From NCBI GenBank assembly GCA_028693815.1, contig JAQUUP010000003.1:65850-129849 (forward strand): 64,000 nt of DNA, given 5' to 3'. The notes beneath the pieces are model-generated. The model saw nothing but the letters and a program-made list of their open reading frames with translations. It was not told where the DNA came from and made no database searches. Positions 49,916 through 58,967 of the stretch are shown here, one piece after another (position 1 is the stretch's first letter; the number at the start of each line of letters is the position of its first letter). This stretch comes from Candidatus Omnitrophota bacterium. GTDB lineage: Bacteria; Omnitrophota; Gorgyraeia; Zapsychrales; Aceulaceae. The position numbers and the translations under genes are program-made.

Positions 49916-51075
49916 AATTCTTTTCCTATTCTTTGAAGAGTCTCAATAACAAAATCGATATCTTCTTTTGTATGAGATGCCGTAACTGTTACACGTAACC
50001 GCGCGGTCTTTGCAGGCACCGTTGGAGGACGAATTGCCTGAATAAAAATCCCTGCATCAAAAAGCTTTTGAGAAAACCTAAGCGCCAAAGATTCGTCTTT
50101 GACAATAATGGGAATAATCGGCGTGCAGGAATCAAGCGTATCAAATCCCATCTGCTTTAATTCTTTTCTTAGCCTCTGGCTATGACCTAAAACTAACGAC
50201 CGGCGCTGAGGCTCAGATTGAATAATCTCGATCGCCTTAATCGAAGCCGCTGCAACTGAAGGCGGCATGGCCGTAGTATAAATAAAGCTGTGTGCTTTAT
50301 TCATAAAAAACTGTATCATTTCTTTCGCACCACAACAATACGCCCCAAAAGACCCAGCCGCTTTACTTAGTGTCCCCATCTGAATATCGATTTCTTTTTC
50401 AACTCCAAAATGCTCAGCTAATCCTTTTCCTTGTTTTCCTAAAACACCAAAACTATGAGCTTCATCAACCATAACAAGGGCATCGTGCTTTTTTGCCAAA
50501 AAAACAATTTTATCCAAAGGGGCGATATCTCCATCCATGCTAAAAACACTGTCGGTTACAATAAGCCTTTTTCTATATCCTTTTGCCTCTTGAAGCCTTT
50601 TCTCAAGAATATCCATATCCCGGTGAGGATAACGCTTAAAAGCTGCTCGGCTCAAAACAATGCCATCAACAATAGAGGCATGATTTAGCCGATCTGAAAA
50701 AACAACATCTTCTCTTGTGCATACGCTCGAAAGAATCCCAACATTCGCCATATACCCTGTGCTGAAAACAAGACAATCTTCGCTTCCCTTAAATTGTGCA
50801 ATTGTTTTTTCTAATTGCCTGTGCACATCAAAATTCCCGCACACCAAACGCGATGCCCCTGACCCAAAACCCTGATTTTCCAAAGACTGCTCTGCCGCAT
50901 CACACAAACGGACATCATCCGCTAAGCCTAAATAATTATTCGAACAAAAATTTAAGACATCTTTTCCGTCAATCAAGATTCGTCTAGATTGCTTTCCTGA
51001 TACGTTTCTAAAAGAACGTCTCAACCCCTTAGACTCTAATTCTACTAATGTTCGATTAATAAGATTTGTATTCAT
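49900..51075 (-). CDS. bioF: 8-amino-7-oxononanoate synthase.
   Basis: This is a class II PLP aminotransferase; the PLP lysine context is TLSKAAG. Confidence 0.8.
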   Translation of the reverse strand: MNTNLINRTLVELESKGLRRSFRNVSGKQSRRILIDGKDVLNFCSNNYLGLADDVRLCDAAEQSLENQGFGSGASRLVCGNFDVHRQLEKTIAQFKGSEDCLVFSTGYMANVGILSSVCTREDVVFSDRLNHASIVDGIVLSRAAFKRYPHRDMDILEKRLQEAKGYRKRLIVTDSVFSMDGDIAPLDKIVFLAKKHDALVMVDEAHSFGVLGKQGKGLAEHFGVEKEIDIQMGTLSKAAGSFGAYCCGAKEMIQFFMNKAHSFIYTTAMPPSVAAASIKAIEIIQSEPQRRSLVLGHSQRLRKELKQMGFDTLDSCTPIIPIIVKDESLALRFSQKLFDAGIFIQAIRPPTVPAKTARLRVTVTASHTKEDIDFVIETLQRIGKELCLIS

Positions 51076-51081
51076 TGTTTT

Positions 51082-52038
51082 TTACCGAAGATGAATAATT
51101 TCTCCAGAGGTTCTTTTAATTATCGTTTTATCTTTTTGCTCAATTAAAAGAGCACCTTGAGCATCAATATCGACCGCATATCCTTCAACGAAACCAGAAG
51201 GTTGGATAACTCTAACATATTTTCCTAATGTTTCAGATAGCTCACGCCACTCATCAAAAATAGGCACAAAGCCTTGATCCTGAAACAACACATAATATCG
51301 CTCAACTTCTCTTAATATTTCTTGCAATAATTTAACACGCGAGACTTTTTTTCCTTTTTGAATAAGAATAGAAGTCGCTTCTTTAGGCAAAGAACTCTTT
51401 GACTCATTAACATTAATGCCGATTCCAACAACAACAAAATTAATTCGATCAACTTCTCCGTTAAGTTCTGTTAAAATACCAGCAACTTTTTCCTGATCAA
51501 TCACAAGGTCATTCGGCCACTTTATTCTTACAGAAACATTGCATACTTTTTTAATCGCCCTAGACACAGCAACAGACAAAAGAAGCGTTAACCCCGAAAT
51601 CTCGTACAGAAGCGCTTTTGGACGCAAAAGAATAGAAAAATACAAACCCTTGCCCTTAGAGGACAACCATTGTCTACCAAGCCTACCGCGTCCCTTAGTC
51701 TGGGTTTCAGCACAAGCCACAAATCCTTCTGGTGAACCATCGAAAGCTTTTTGAGATACGATATCCATGGTTGAGCCGATAGAATCATAGCAAGCAATAT
51801 CGATACCTATAATCTTCGTTTGTAGCCCTGCTTTAATCGTATCAGGCAAAAGCTTGTCAGGACACATAATGAGCCTATACCCACGGCGAGGAATAGCCTC
51901 AATCTTATATCCATCTTCGCGCAAGTTCTTAATATGTTTCCAAACAGCGCTTCGGCTCAAAGACAAGGTTCTGCTTATCTCTTCTCCGGAAAGAAACTCT
52001 TTTGAACTCCTTAAAGACTGAAGGATTCTTTGCTTCAT
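51082..52038 (-). CDS. birA: Bifunctional biotin ligase / bio operon repressor BirA.
   Basis: The N-terminal HTH reads LSGEEISRTLSLSRSAVWKHIKNL. The ligase motif is GRGRLGRQW. Confidence 0.85.
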   Translation of the reverse strand: MKQRILQSLRSSKEFLSGEEISRTLSLSRSAVWKHIKNLREDGYKIEAIPRRGYRLIMCPDKLLPDTIKAGLQTKIIGIDIACYDSIGSTMDIVSQKAFDGSPEGFVACAETQTKGRGRLGRQWLSSKGKGLYFSILLRPKALLYEISGLTLLLSVAVSRAIKKVCNVSVRIKWPNDLVIDQEKVAGILTELNGEVDRINFVVVGIGINVNESKSSLPKEATSILIQKGKKVSRVKLLQEILREVERYYVLFQDQGFVPIFDEWRELSETLGKYVRVIQPSGFVEGYAVDIDAQGALLIEQKDKTIIKRTSGEIIHLR

Positions 52039-52064
52039 AAAATATGCTTTCTTTTTAAGAAATC

Positions 52065-52093
52065 ATATTACAGTTATTGGCCTATATTGTCAA
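52065..52093 (-). promoter_or_regulatory. Putative birA / bio operon sigma70 promoter.
   Basis: On the minus strand a -35 TTGACA is followed by a 17-nt spacer and a -10 TAATAT. The -35 lies inside the operator arm. Confidence 0.5.
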
Positions 52094-52118
52094 CCACATT
52101 ACTTTCTATGGTTGACAA
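52087..52118. promoter_or_regulatory. BirA operator (bioO-like inverted repeat).
   Basis: The inverted repeat is TTGTCAACC-N14-GGTTGACAA. E. coli bioO has TTGTAAACC...GGTTTACAA arms. Confidence 0.65.
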
Positions 52119-52135
52119 TCAAAAAGACGGGTTCA

Positions 52136-52164
52136 TTGACAAAATTTTCGTCAAATGCTATATT
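52136..52164 (+). promoter_or_regulatory. Putative sigma70 promoter driving the tRNA-Ala / tRNA-Leu transcript.
   Basis: A -35 TTGACA is followed by a 17-nt spacer and a -10 TATATT on the plus strand. Confidence 0.5.
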
Positions 52165-52196
52165 GGGGAACATCTTTAGACGCAAATATTTCGTGA

Positions 52197-52368
52197 AGTT
52201 TTGGGGCTGGCTGATTAACCTTAAATTTACATAGCGGAAATTGGCACGCACCCAATTCATCTAAATTGAACATTGAGAAAATTGGGGCTGGCTGATTTAT
52301 CTTAATTTCAAACAAAGGAAATCAGCACGTCCGCAAAACCATGCCGAATTAAAAATAGCGGAAGTTTT
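52197..52368 (+). repeat. Tandem ~80-bp leader repeats, each beginning GAA(G/A)TTTTGGGGCTG, identical to the first 7-8 nt of tRNA-Ala plus its upstream 9 nt.
   Basis: Copies start near 52197 and 52278, and the third copy is tRNA-Ala itself at 52360. The second copy has the stem GCTGATTT...AAATCAGC. Confidence 0.5.
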
Positions 52369-52444
52369 GGGGCTGTAGCTCAGCTGGGAGAGTACTTGCA
52401 TGGCATGCAAGGGGTCGAGGGTTCGAATCCCTCCAGCTCCACCA
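52369..52444 (+). tRNA. tRNA-Ala (anticodon GGC), with encoded CCA.
   Basis: The manual fold is GGGGCTG-TA-GCTC...CTTGC-ATGGCAT-GCAAG...CAGCTCC-A-CCA. Confidence 0.9.
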
Positions 52445-52465
52445 AAACAATTTCTTTGAAAACTT

Positions 52466-52548
52466 GCTGGAGTGGCGGAACTGGTATACGCGCTGGTCTC
52501 AAAAACCAGTGTCTTCACGGGCATGAGGGTTCGACTCCCTCCTCCAGC
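52466..52548 (+). tRNA. tRNA-Leu (anticodon CAA), with a long variable arm; CCA is not encoded.
   Basis: The acceptor stem is GCTGGAG/CTCCAGC. The anticodon stem-loop is CTGGT-CTCAAAA-ACCAG. The T-arm is GAGGG-TTCGACT-CCCTC. Confidence 0.85.
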
Positions 52549-52606
52549 ACTTAACTTTCTTTCTCTCGTCTCTATACCTCCTTTTTTAATTGTTTTAGTC
52601 ACCAGA

Positions 52607-53695
52607 TTAGTCACTGCTCTTTGGGCTTAGCCCTATATCTAATTCAAGAATTTCTCTATTCTTTTTTACAACTTCTGAGTCTGGGTGAGCATAGTTCTCA
52701 TCAATCGTTCTTGTACTTCTATGCCCTGTGGTCTCTGCAATATTTATAGAAGAAACGCCTGCTGCTTTTAACAACGTCACAACATAATGTCTGAAGATAT
52801 GAGGGTAGAAGTTAGTCTTTATGTCCAGTTCTTTCATGCCTCTTTTCATCAGCTTGCGTGTTTGGTCTATACCAACATGCCCTGATTTGCACTTCTTACT
52901 CTTAGAAGGAAATAAGAATCCATCTTCTTTGTATAGCCTTTTTCGTTTTAGATACAGAATGTGCTCATTAATAACCTCGCATTGCCGCTCGCCTAGCTTA
53001 ATGTAGTCTTCTTCTTTAGCTTTATGAATAAACAGATATAGTCTTTTATTCTTTAAATCAATATCTTTCATCTTTAGTGTAACAATATCTTTTCTACGCC
53101 AGCCCTGCGTTGCTAAGAAATAGACTATCAAGAGGTGTATATAGGCATTTTCCTTGAACCAATAAATCATCCTTAGCACTTCTTCTTTGGATGGCGGTCT
53201 TTTCTGCCTCTTAACTTCCTTCAAATAGGAAACTTCTTTAAACACATTCTTTGGAATTATTTGCTTGTCTTTGGCTTTTTCCCACGCCTCACGCAATAAT
53301 CTAAGAGCACCATTTGTTGATGAAGATGAGTAATTGTTATCTTGCATCCATTTCTTAAACTCTTCGACCATATCAGCTGTAACTTTGTGCATAAAGGCAT
53401 CAGGATGCTTTTTTTCTAAAAACCTACAAAAGTTTCTAGCGTGGTCACTGAATCTCTTTACCGTTCCAATAGCAATGCTTTTTTTGTTAATAAAGTCTTC
53501 TAAATACTCTTTAACAACCCAATTCTTGCTCATCGGCTTTTGACCAATAGCTTCAAGACGCCTACATTCTTTTAAAGCGTTTCTATATGCAGGAAAATCG
53601 GCTTTTTTAAGATAAACAGAAAACTTCTCTCCATCTATATAATAAAAACCTTGCCAACTAGACTTATTATTTCCTTTTCGTCTTACCCCAGCCAT
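52607..53695 (-). CDS. Tyrosine-type site-specific integrase.
   Basis: The C-terminal catalytic region HIFRHYVVTLL...GHRSTRTIDENYAH has the R..H..R..Y residues. The gene is adjacent to the tRNA-Leu 3' end. Confidence 0.85.
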   Translation of the reverse strand: MAGVRRKGNNKSSWQGFYYIDGEKFSVYLKKADFPAYRNALKECRRLEAIGQKPMSKNWVVKEYLEDFINKKSIAIGTVKRFSDHARNFCRFLEKKHPDAFMHKVTADMVEEFKKWMQDNNYSSSSTNGALRLLREAWEKAKDKQIIPKNVFKEVSYLKEVKRQKRPPSKEEVLRMIYWFKENAYIHLLIVYFLATQGWRRKDIVTLKMKDIDLKNKRLYLFIHKAKEEDYIKLGERQCEVINEHILYLKRKRLYKEDGFLFPSKSKKCKSGHVGIDQTRKLMKRGMKELDIKTNFYPHIFRHYVVTLLKAAGVSSINIAETTGHRSTRTIDENYAHPDSEVVKKNREILELDIGLSPKSSD

Positions 53696-53696
53696 G

Positions 53697-53873
53697 CTAT
53701 TTCCTGTCAGCTTGTAGATTTTTTATAGCATTTTCATAGTCGTATCTCGGCTTTCTTCCGACCCAATAGACAGCGTCTTTGAAAGCACCTTTTCTGCGAA
53801 GATAGTCTATGTTACGTTCAGTAGTGTTTGCTCTTTTTGCAAACTCTGGTGTATCTATTAACTGTTGAACCAT
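53697..53873 (-). CDS. AlpA/excisionase-like small HTH protein (58 aa). It falls below the ORF-track size cutoff.
   Basis: Manual translation gives MVQQLIDTPEFAKRANTTERNIDYLRRKGAFKDAVYWVGRKPRYDYENAI. It lies immediately upstream of the integrase. Confidence 0.5.
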   Translation of the reverse strand: MVQQLIDTPEFAKRANTTERNIDYLRRKGAFKDAVYWVGRKPRYDYENAIKNLQADRK

Positions 53874-54015
53874 TGTTATTTCCCTCCCTCTGTTAAGCTA
53901 ATCACACAATCTTCGAATTTGTTTGAATAATCTTTTAAAATTTTCCATTTATCGACTGGAAAATCAGTGTCCCACTCAGATTCACAAACAATAGTAGCGA
54001 CTTTTAAACGATACG

Positions 54016-54717
54016 TCATACAGCCCCCTGTAGTTGGAGTTCCTGCAATTTACGAATAGCAGATACTCTGATTTTCTTTTGTTTATGCTTAAGCAAATCA
54101 TTAGTGATGTGATTTGCGTCTGTAGAATTCTTAATAGACTCCATCGCTTCATGATAAATGTCCCAACGCTCTTGATAGTTCTTCTTAGAACGATTCCCTT
54201 TTTCCTCGTAAACCCTAGGAGGTCTGCCCAGAGTTTTTCCCTCAGCTCTTGCTCTTTTAAGTCCGTCAATCGTTCTTTCTCTGATAATCTCTCGTTCAAA
54301 GTCGCAAAATGCGGCTATGATATGAAATTGCAACTTTCCTGTAGCAGTTGAAAAATCTATGTTTTCTTTCAGAGAAACGAACACAATTCCTTTGTCTATA
54401 AATTCCTGCATATCACTTACAATGATTTTAAGTGACCTCTCCCATCGAGAAAGAGAATAAACAAGAACACCGTCAAATTCTTTCTTCCTCAAGCGATTCA
54501 TAAGTTTCTGCTTGATTGGTCTTGTTCCCCTTGTAGATTCTTTTTCTTCAAAGATTTCATAAGTAAACCCACATTTCTTAGCATATTCTTCGCATTGCGT
54601 TTTTTGCATCGAATAGTTCTGGTCGCCTGTGCTGACACGAACTAGTATTGCAAAGTGCGGTTTCTTCTTGCCATCATTTTTTATTGCATTAAGTTTTTCT
54701 GTCAGTTCTGGACTCAT
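54016..54717 (-). CDS. Small serine recombinase (resolvase/invertase family).
   Basis: The catalytic-Ser context is VRVSTGDQ. A C-terminal HTH is present. Confidence 0.8.
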   Translation of the reverse strand: MSPELTEKLNAIKNDGKKKPHFAILVRVSTGDQNYSMQKTQCEEYAKKCGFTYEIFEEKESTRGTRPIKQKLMNRLRKKEFDGVLVYSLSRWERSLKIIVSDMQEFIDKGIVFVSLKENIDFSTATGKLQFHIIAAFCDFEREIIRERTIDGLKRARAEGKTLGRPPRVYEEKGNRSKKNYQERWDIYHEAMESIKNSTDANHITNDLLKHKQKKIRVSAIRKLQELQLQGAV

Positions 54718-54982
54718 CTTTTTTCTCCTCGTGCGATTGTTCTTGGAGTACTTCTTTGTTTAATTTTAGAAATTCAATCTTGTCAGCTACATCCTGAACC
54801 GTCTGACGAGCAGCGATATATTTAGCTGTAGCCTCAAAAATCTTCTGCTCTCGAAATGCTTTCTCTTTTATTTCAAATGGCATTCTTTCAACACTCTTCT
54901 CGAATGTTGCTTTGGCATCGTTCAACATTGTTTGAGCCAAACGAAGCCCGTCTATGATTTCTTTTTCGTTAGTCATCGCCAT
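54689..54982 (-). CDS. Hypothetical coiled-coil protein.
   Basis: This is an ORF-track entry; it is charged and helical. Confidence 0.4.
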   Translation of the reverse strand: MAMTNEKEIIDGLRLAQTMLNDAKATFEKSVERMPFEIKEKAFREQKIFEATAKYIAARQTVQDVADKIEFLKLNKEVLQEQSHEEKKDESRTDRKT

Positions 54983-55011
54983 TTTCTATTTCCTTTTTTC
55001 AATTTGTTAAT

Positions 55012-55218
55012 TTAATTCTCGACTAATTTTAATCCATACAACTCGTTTGAAGTGCATTCCAAAACGTCAATCAACTTTGAAACTTCATATGAATCAGGTT
55101 CCGATTTTTCTAACTCCCAATCACTGACCTTTTTTTCATGCACACCGATTGCTTTACCAACGTCATACTGACGAAGACCTTTGATTAATCTAACCGTCCT
55201 TAATCCCGATACTCTCAT
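55012..55218 (-). CDS. XRE-family HTH regulator (Cro/cI-like).
   Basis: The HTH region reads LRQYDVGKAIGVHEKKVSDWE. A GGAGG RBS is present. Confidence 0.65.
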   Translation of the reverse strand: MRVSGLRTVRLIKGLRQYDVGKAIGVHEKKVSDWELEKSEPDSYEVSKLIDVLECTSNELYGLKLVEN

Positions 55219-55407
55219 GATTACCTCCTTCTTATTCTTAACTGTTGTTGAATTCCCTGATTAAAAAAATATTTCCTGCCTCAAATCTAGGATAAGCACT
55301 CGAACTTGCAAAACACATATATTTTTTTGACACATCATAGCCGCTTCATCGACCAGCTAATATTTTGCGTTCGTCTATCCTCAATCTTTCAAAGAACAAT
55401 CAATGTA

Positions 55408-55427
55408 TTAGTTAGCCAGCTAACTAA
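55408..55427. promoter_or_regulatory. Perfect inverted repeat TTAGTTAGC-ca-GCTAACTAA, a candidate repressor operator in the divergent switch region.
   Basis: It has 9-bp perfect arms. It lies between the divergent XRE genes. Confidence 0.4.
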
Positions 55428-55467
55428 GAATATAACACATCAAAATAATAAGTCAAGAAGAAATTAG

Positions 55468-55495
55468 TTGTCTAGCGAATTAATACTGCTATAAT
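55468..55495 (+). promoter_or_regulatory. Putative promoter for the rightward XRE gene, giving a near-leaderless transcript.
   Basis: A -35 TTGTCT is followed by a 16-nt spacer and a -10 TATAAT. The ATG lies 6 nt after the -10. Confidence 0.45.
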
Positions 55496-55501
55496 ATTTT
55501 T

Positions 55502-55792
55502 ATGAAGATTGGCGAAAAAATAAAAAAGCTCAGAGGTAAACAAAAAGCATACGAATTTGCCCATGATATTGGAATAACACCACCATACCTGTCTGAAATC
55601 GAAACCAAAGGCAAAATCCCTTCTCTTGAGGTGATGAGGAGAATAGCTTTGTATTTTGACGATATATTTCTTTTAGAAGATTACATAGCAGAGAAATACC
55701 CTGAAGTTTTAAAAATCCAAAAAGAAATAGTTAAGCATATTGAGATTTGGGATAACGAAGCTGATAACCACAGAAAAAGCCTAAAAGAATAA
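55502..55792 (+). CDS. XRE-family HTH regulator.
   Basis: The HTH region reads AYEFAHDIGITPPYLSEIETKGKIPSLEVMRRIALYF. Confidence 0.65.
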   Translation: MKIGEKIKKLRGKQKAYEFAHDIGITPPYLSEIETKGKIPSLEVMRRIALYFDDIFLLEDYIAEKYPEVLKIQKEIVKHIEIWDNEADNHRKSLKE

Positions 55793-56152
55793 CCAACATT
55801 TCAAAGAACAAACCCCACCTATTAGATTGAATAGTCTTCCTATAGTATGTACCCAAAAAACTTTAGTTTTGCTTCTCTTTGCTCTTTTCTTATTGCCCTA
55901 AATTATTGATATGGAGCAACTTAGGAATGTTGATTTAGAAGTAATTCTATAATTGGTGTAAACTATTAGGATTGAATAACCTATGAAATATGAATGCTGT
56001 CAACGATTCACACTTATTCTGTAAATCATTTAGAATAAACACATTACAACAATGTTCTTTTCACTGATAAAATAATTTCTTAAGTCTTTTATCTTCAATG
56101 GTTTATAATATAGAAAATGAGTAAAAAAGACGTAAATAACTACTTTTCTTGA

Positions 56153-57025
56153 TTATTCTAAAAACCCACTTTTCCGAAGAATGTGCCCCATCGCTTCAGA
56201 GCCAGCCTTAACAGTACCACCACCACTTCTAAGTTTTTGAATAGCCGATGCAAAGTCAGCACTTGGCTGAGAATAGGCGCTTGGACTACCTGCACCCTCG
56301 ACGACAGTCTGACGCTGTAATTTAGCAACTTTGTTTCGCAAGGCCTGAGTTTCTTTGGCTCTGTGCTCAAGGGTTCCTCTGGAAAGGTCAGCAGCAGCTA
56401 AACGTGCAGCCGCAGAAAGCCCACTTGGATGATTTGTTATATTAGGGTCTGAGAAGAAATATTGCTTTGTTCTTTGAAACAATTGACTCTTTTCATTCCA
56501 ACCGCCTTTAGGGTCAAACATCTCGGGATAAAGATTTTTAACTTCATAAACAGCCTGCTCCCTAGCCTGATTATATTGTTTCTGAGCTTCAAGGTTTTGC
56601 CATTCATTTCTGATTTTTTGTGTAAGGTCATTATCTTCGAGTTTTTTATACTCGGCAGCAGCCCATGCCTTTGATTGAGGGTCGTCAGTATATTCATAAA
56701 ATGCAGAGAGTTGGTCGAGGGTATATTCAGGCTGAGCTTCTTGAACTTGTTGTTGACGTAATTGTTCAGCCTCTCTCTCTGCTTTGGCTTGCTTACGACG
56801 AGCTTCTGCTAATCTATTTCTAAGAGGAACTCCCTTCTCATCTTTTTCATTTAATTCCTCGTCAGTAAACTCTTCAGAATAATCTCTAGTCTTTTTAATG
56901 TCTTCTTCACTCACTTCAGGTTCTTCTAATTGAGTATCAATCTCAACATCAGTAGGCGTTTCATAAACTTCTTCTGTTGACACTTCTGGTGTTTCTTGTG
57001 TTTCTTGAATATTTTGCTCGTCCAT
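56153..57025 (-). CDS. Acidic coiled-coil protein; a possible phage scaffold-like protein.
   Basis: It has a very acidic N-terminus, coiled coils, and a Gly/Ser-rich C-terminus. Confidence 0.45.
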   Translation of the reverse strand: MDEQNIQETQETPEVSTEEVYETPTDVEIDTQLEEPEVSEEDIKKTRDYSEEFTDEELNEKDEKGVPLRNRLAEARRKQAKAEREAEQLRQQQVQEAQPEYTLDQLSAFYEYTDDPQSKAWAAAEYKKLEDNDLTQKIRNEWQNLEAQKQYNQAREQAVYEVKNLYPEMFDPKGGWNEKSQLFQRTKQYFFSDPNITNHPSGLSAAARLAAADLSRGTLEHRAKETQALRNKVAKLQRQTVVEGAGSPSAYSQPSADFASAIQKLRSGGGTVKAGSEAMGHILRKSGFLE

Positions 57026-57037
57026 ATTTTCTCCTTT

Positions 57038-57757
57038 TTATAAACTATAAATGTCGCCCATGTCTTCCATGGTTGCTCTTCTGATTTTTTTATTACATTC
57101 TTCTTGCTCTCGAGCGGATAAAGAATTTTTAGATGGTCTTCCTAAACGAGGGTCACCATCTATTTTACGTTTTATCTCTTCTTCTCGGTGTTTTCTCTCT
57201 TGTGCTTCAGCTTCAAATCTCTCTTTTCTTTGTTCCAATGTTTCTGCGTCCGCGACAACAGTTTTTTTCATTCCTGAAATAACATCTGCAAGTCTGTCAT
57301 TAGCTTTTTGTGATTCTTCTCTAGAGAGTTCTCCTGCCATATCTCCACGAAATTGTGCTTCTAATAAAACTTGAGCATTTTCAATTGTTGGACGCATATC
57401 AAAATTCGTTTGGGCAAGTTTTAATCTATTCTCTTCGTCGGGTGTCCATCCTTTTCTGACTTTCTCTCCAAAGACATTTTCAAAGGCTTCATGCTTTTTC
57501 TCATCAAGCGAAAGTTCCGATACAATCAAATTCGTTTCATCTTCTGTATTGCCAATAGCTTGTGCTTTAGCAATTTCTTTTTGTAGAATAGAATTTAACT
57601 CTGCAACCTTGGTTCGATAAGCTATTCTGTTTTCAGGTGTGTTTTCTTTAATCATATTCTTTCTAAGACGCTGATATTCTTCAATGTCATCTGAATAACC
57701 TTTCTTATTTAAATACATCGTACAACCTTTTTCGAATTTTTCTTCTTCGCTAAACAT
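57038..57757 (-). CDS. Hypothetical charged coiled-coil protein.
   Basis: This is an ORF-track entry adjacent to, and co-oriented with, the previous gene. Confidence 0.45.
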   Translation of the reverse strand: MFSEEEKFEKGCTMYLNKKGYSDDIEEYQRLRKNMIKENTPENRIAYRTKVAELNSILQKEIAKAQAIGNTEDETNLIVSELSLDEKKHEAFENVFGEKVRKGWTPDEENRLKLAQTNFDMRPTIENAQVLLEAQFRGDMAGELSREESQKANDRLADVISGMKKTVVADAETLEQRKERFEAEAQERKHREEEIKRKIDGDPRLGRPSKNSLSAREQEECNKKIRRATMEDMGDIYSL

Positions 57758-57974
57758 AAAACAACTCCTTCTGGTATTGCTTGATACCTTTGGTGATTAA
57801 TTGAAATTATTGGATTAATTTATAACTTAGGTTTACTCAATGTTTTACTAATTTCATCATCAATAAAATCATTGACTATTTTTTTAGCTTTGGGGCTGCT
57901 AAGCAAATCTTCAATCTTTGCAGTATCTTCGTTCTTTAGATACTTTTGGAACTTTTTAATAATGTCTTGCTTAA

Positions 57975-58454
57975 TCATTTAACTAGAAGTGAAGATATTT
58001 TCATAAATAATAATATTATAACCGAGAAAATTACAGCCGCTCCACAAATTCTTAAAAGCTTTCTATTTGCTTCTCGCTGCTTAGCCTTTTCTTTTGCTTT
58101 TCTTTCTTTCCACTGTGGAGAATTTGGGTCTGACATTCCTTTTAGGAAATCTTCTCCAACATTTTTCATAATTTCTTTTACTGCAGGAGAATTAAATATA
58201 TCATCAAGCTCTTTTTTCTCTGCCGCTCTCTGCTCTGGTGACTTGCTGTGCTCTCTCAAATAATCTTCATATGTCTCATATGCCCTGCAACGAAATCCAT
58301 CTTCTTCGTAATACCTTTCTGATGTTTTTAAGCTAATAGCAGGGTTGTCGTTTCTTTTCCAAAACTCAAAATCAGCCTGACTTACAAATTCATAGTTTTC
58401 TATCTTTTTTCGTAATTCCCTAACTTTATTTCTATCCGTAAAATCAATAAACAT
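57975..58454 (-). CDS. Hypothetical protein with a C-terminal TM anchor.
   Basis: This is an ORF-track entry. The hydrophobic C-terminus is AAVIFSVIILLFMKI. Confidence 0.45.
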   Translation of the reverse strand: MFIDFTDRNKVRELRKKIENYEFVSQADFEFWKRNDNPAISLKTSERYYEEDGFRCRAYETYEDYLREHSKSPEQRAAEKKELDDIFNSPAVKEIMKNVGEDFLKGMSDPNSPQWKERKAKEKAKQREANRKLLRICGAAVIFSVIILLFMKISSLLVK

Positions 58455-58472
58455 ACCCTCTCCTATTTCTCG

Positions 58473-58967
58473 TTATCGAGTTCCATCGTAATAAACTAAC
58501 TCAAGCGCTCCATCATTATCTAAATCATCATAATGAACTTCTTCTCCTATCCAAAGAAGTCTAGTCTCAATCTCCTCAACTGTATCTGAAACAGAAAAGG
58601 TTCTGATAGCAACAAACCAAGGCGGATGATTAGAAAGCACGTCTGGACGCTCTATACAAACAAAGTTCGAAATCCCATCTCCTAGAATATCGTCAAAGGC
58701 TTTTGGTTGAGACTCTAAACTTCCCCTTTGTGCAAGCCAAAAATAGAATGGCTGAACAAAAGTTTCATCACCCATCCAATCTTCTTTCAAGATATCCCTC
58801 TGGTGCTTAGGGAGAATGGTATGAATAACTTTTCCATCTTTTAAAATATTTATATATTTACCGAATTCTTCAGATTCAGCAAACTGATACTCTTGAGCAA
58901 AACACAAAGTCGGTAGAAACAATAAAGATAATATGATTATTAATTTATTCATTGATACTATTAACAA
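58473..58967 (-). CDS. Secreted hypothetical protein.
   Basis: The Sec signal peptide KLIIILSLLFLPTLCFAQE is near-identical to that of the 59576..59980 protein. Confidence 0.5.
   Translation of the reverse strand: MLIVSMNKLIIILSLLFLPTLCFAQEYQFAESEEFGKYINILKDGKVIHTILPKHQRDILKEDWMGDETFVQPFYFWLAQRGSLESQPKAFDDILGDGISNFVCIERPDVLSNHPPWFVAIRTFSVSDTVEEIETRLLWIGEEVHYDDLDNDGALELVYYDGTR

Noticed and set aside
52136-52154. Second palindrome TTGAC-N9-GTCAA, considered as a second BirA operator.
   Set aside because: Its arms do not match the bioO half-site beyond TTGAC. It is better explained as the -35 of a consensus plus-strand promoter (TTGACA-17-TATATT).
52197-52368. Repeat array upstream of tRNA-Ala, considered as a CRISPR array.
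   Set aside because: There are only 2-3 copies with unequal spacing. The repeat is contiguous with tRNA sequence, it has no spacer-like unique segments of regular length, and no cas genes are nearby.
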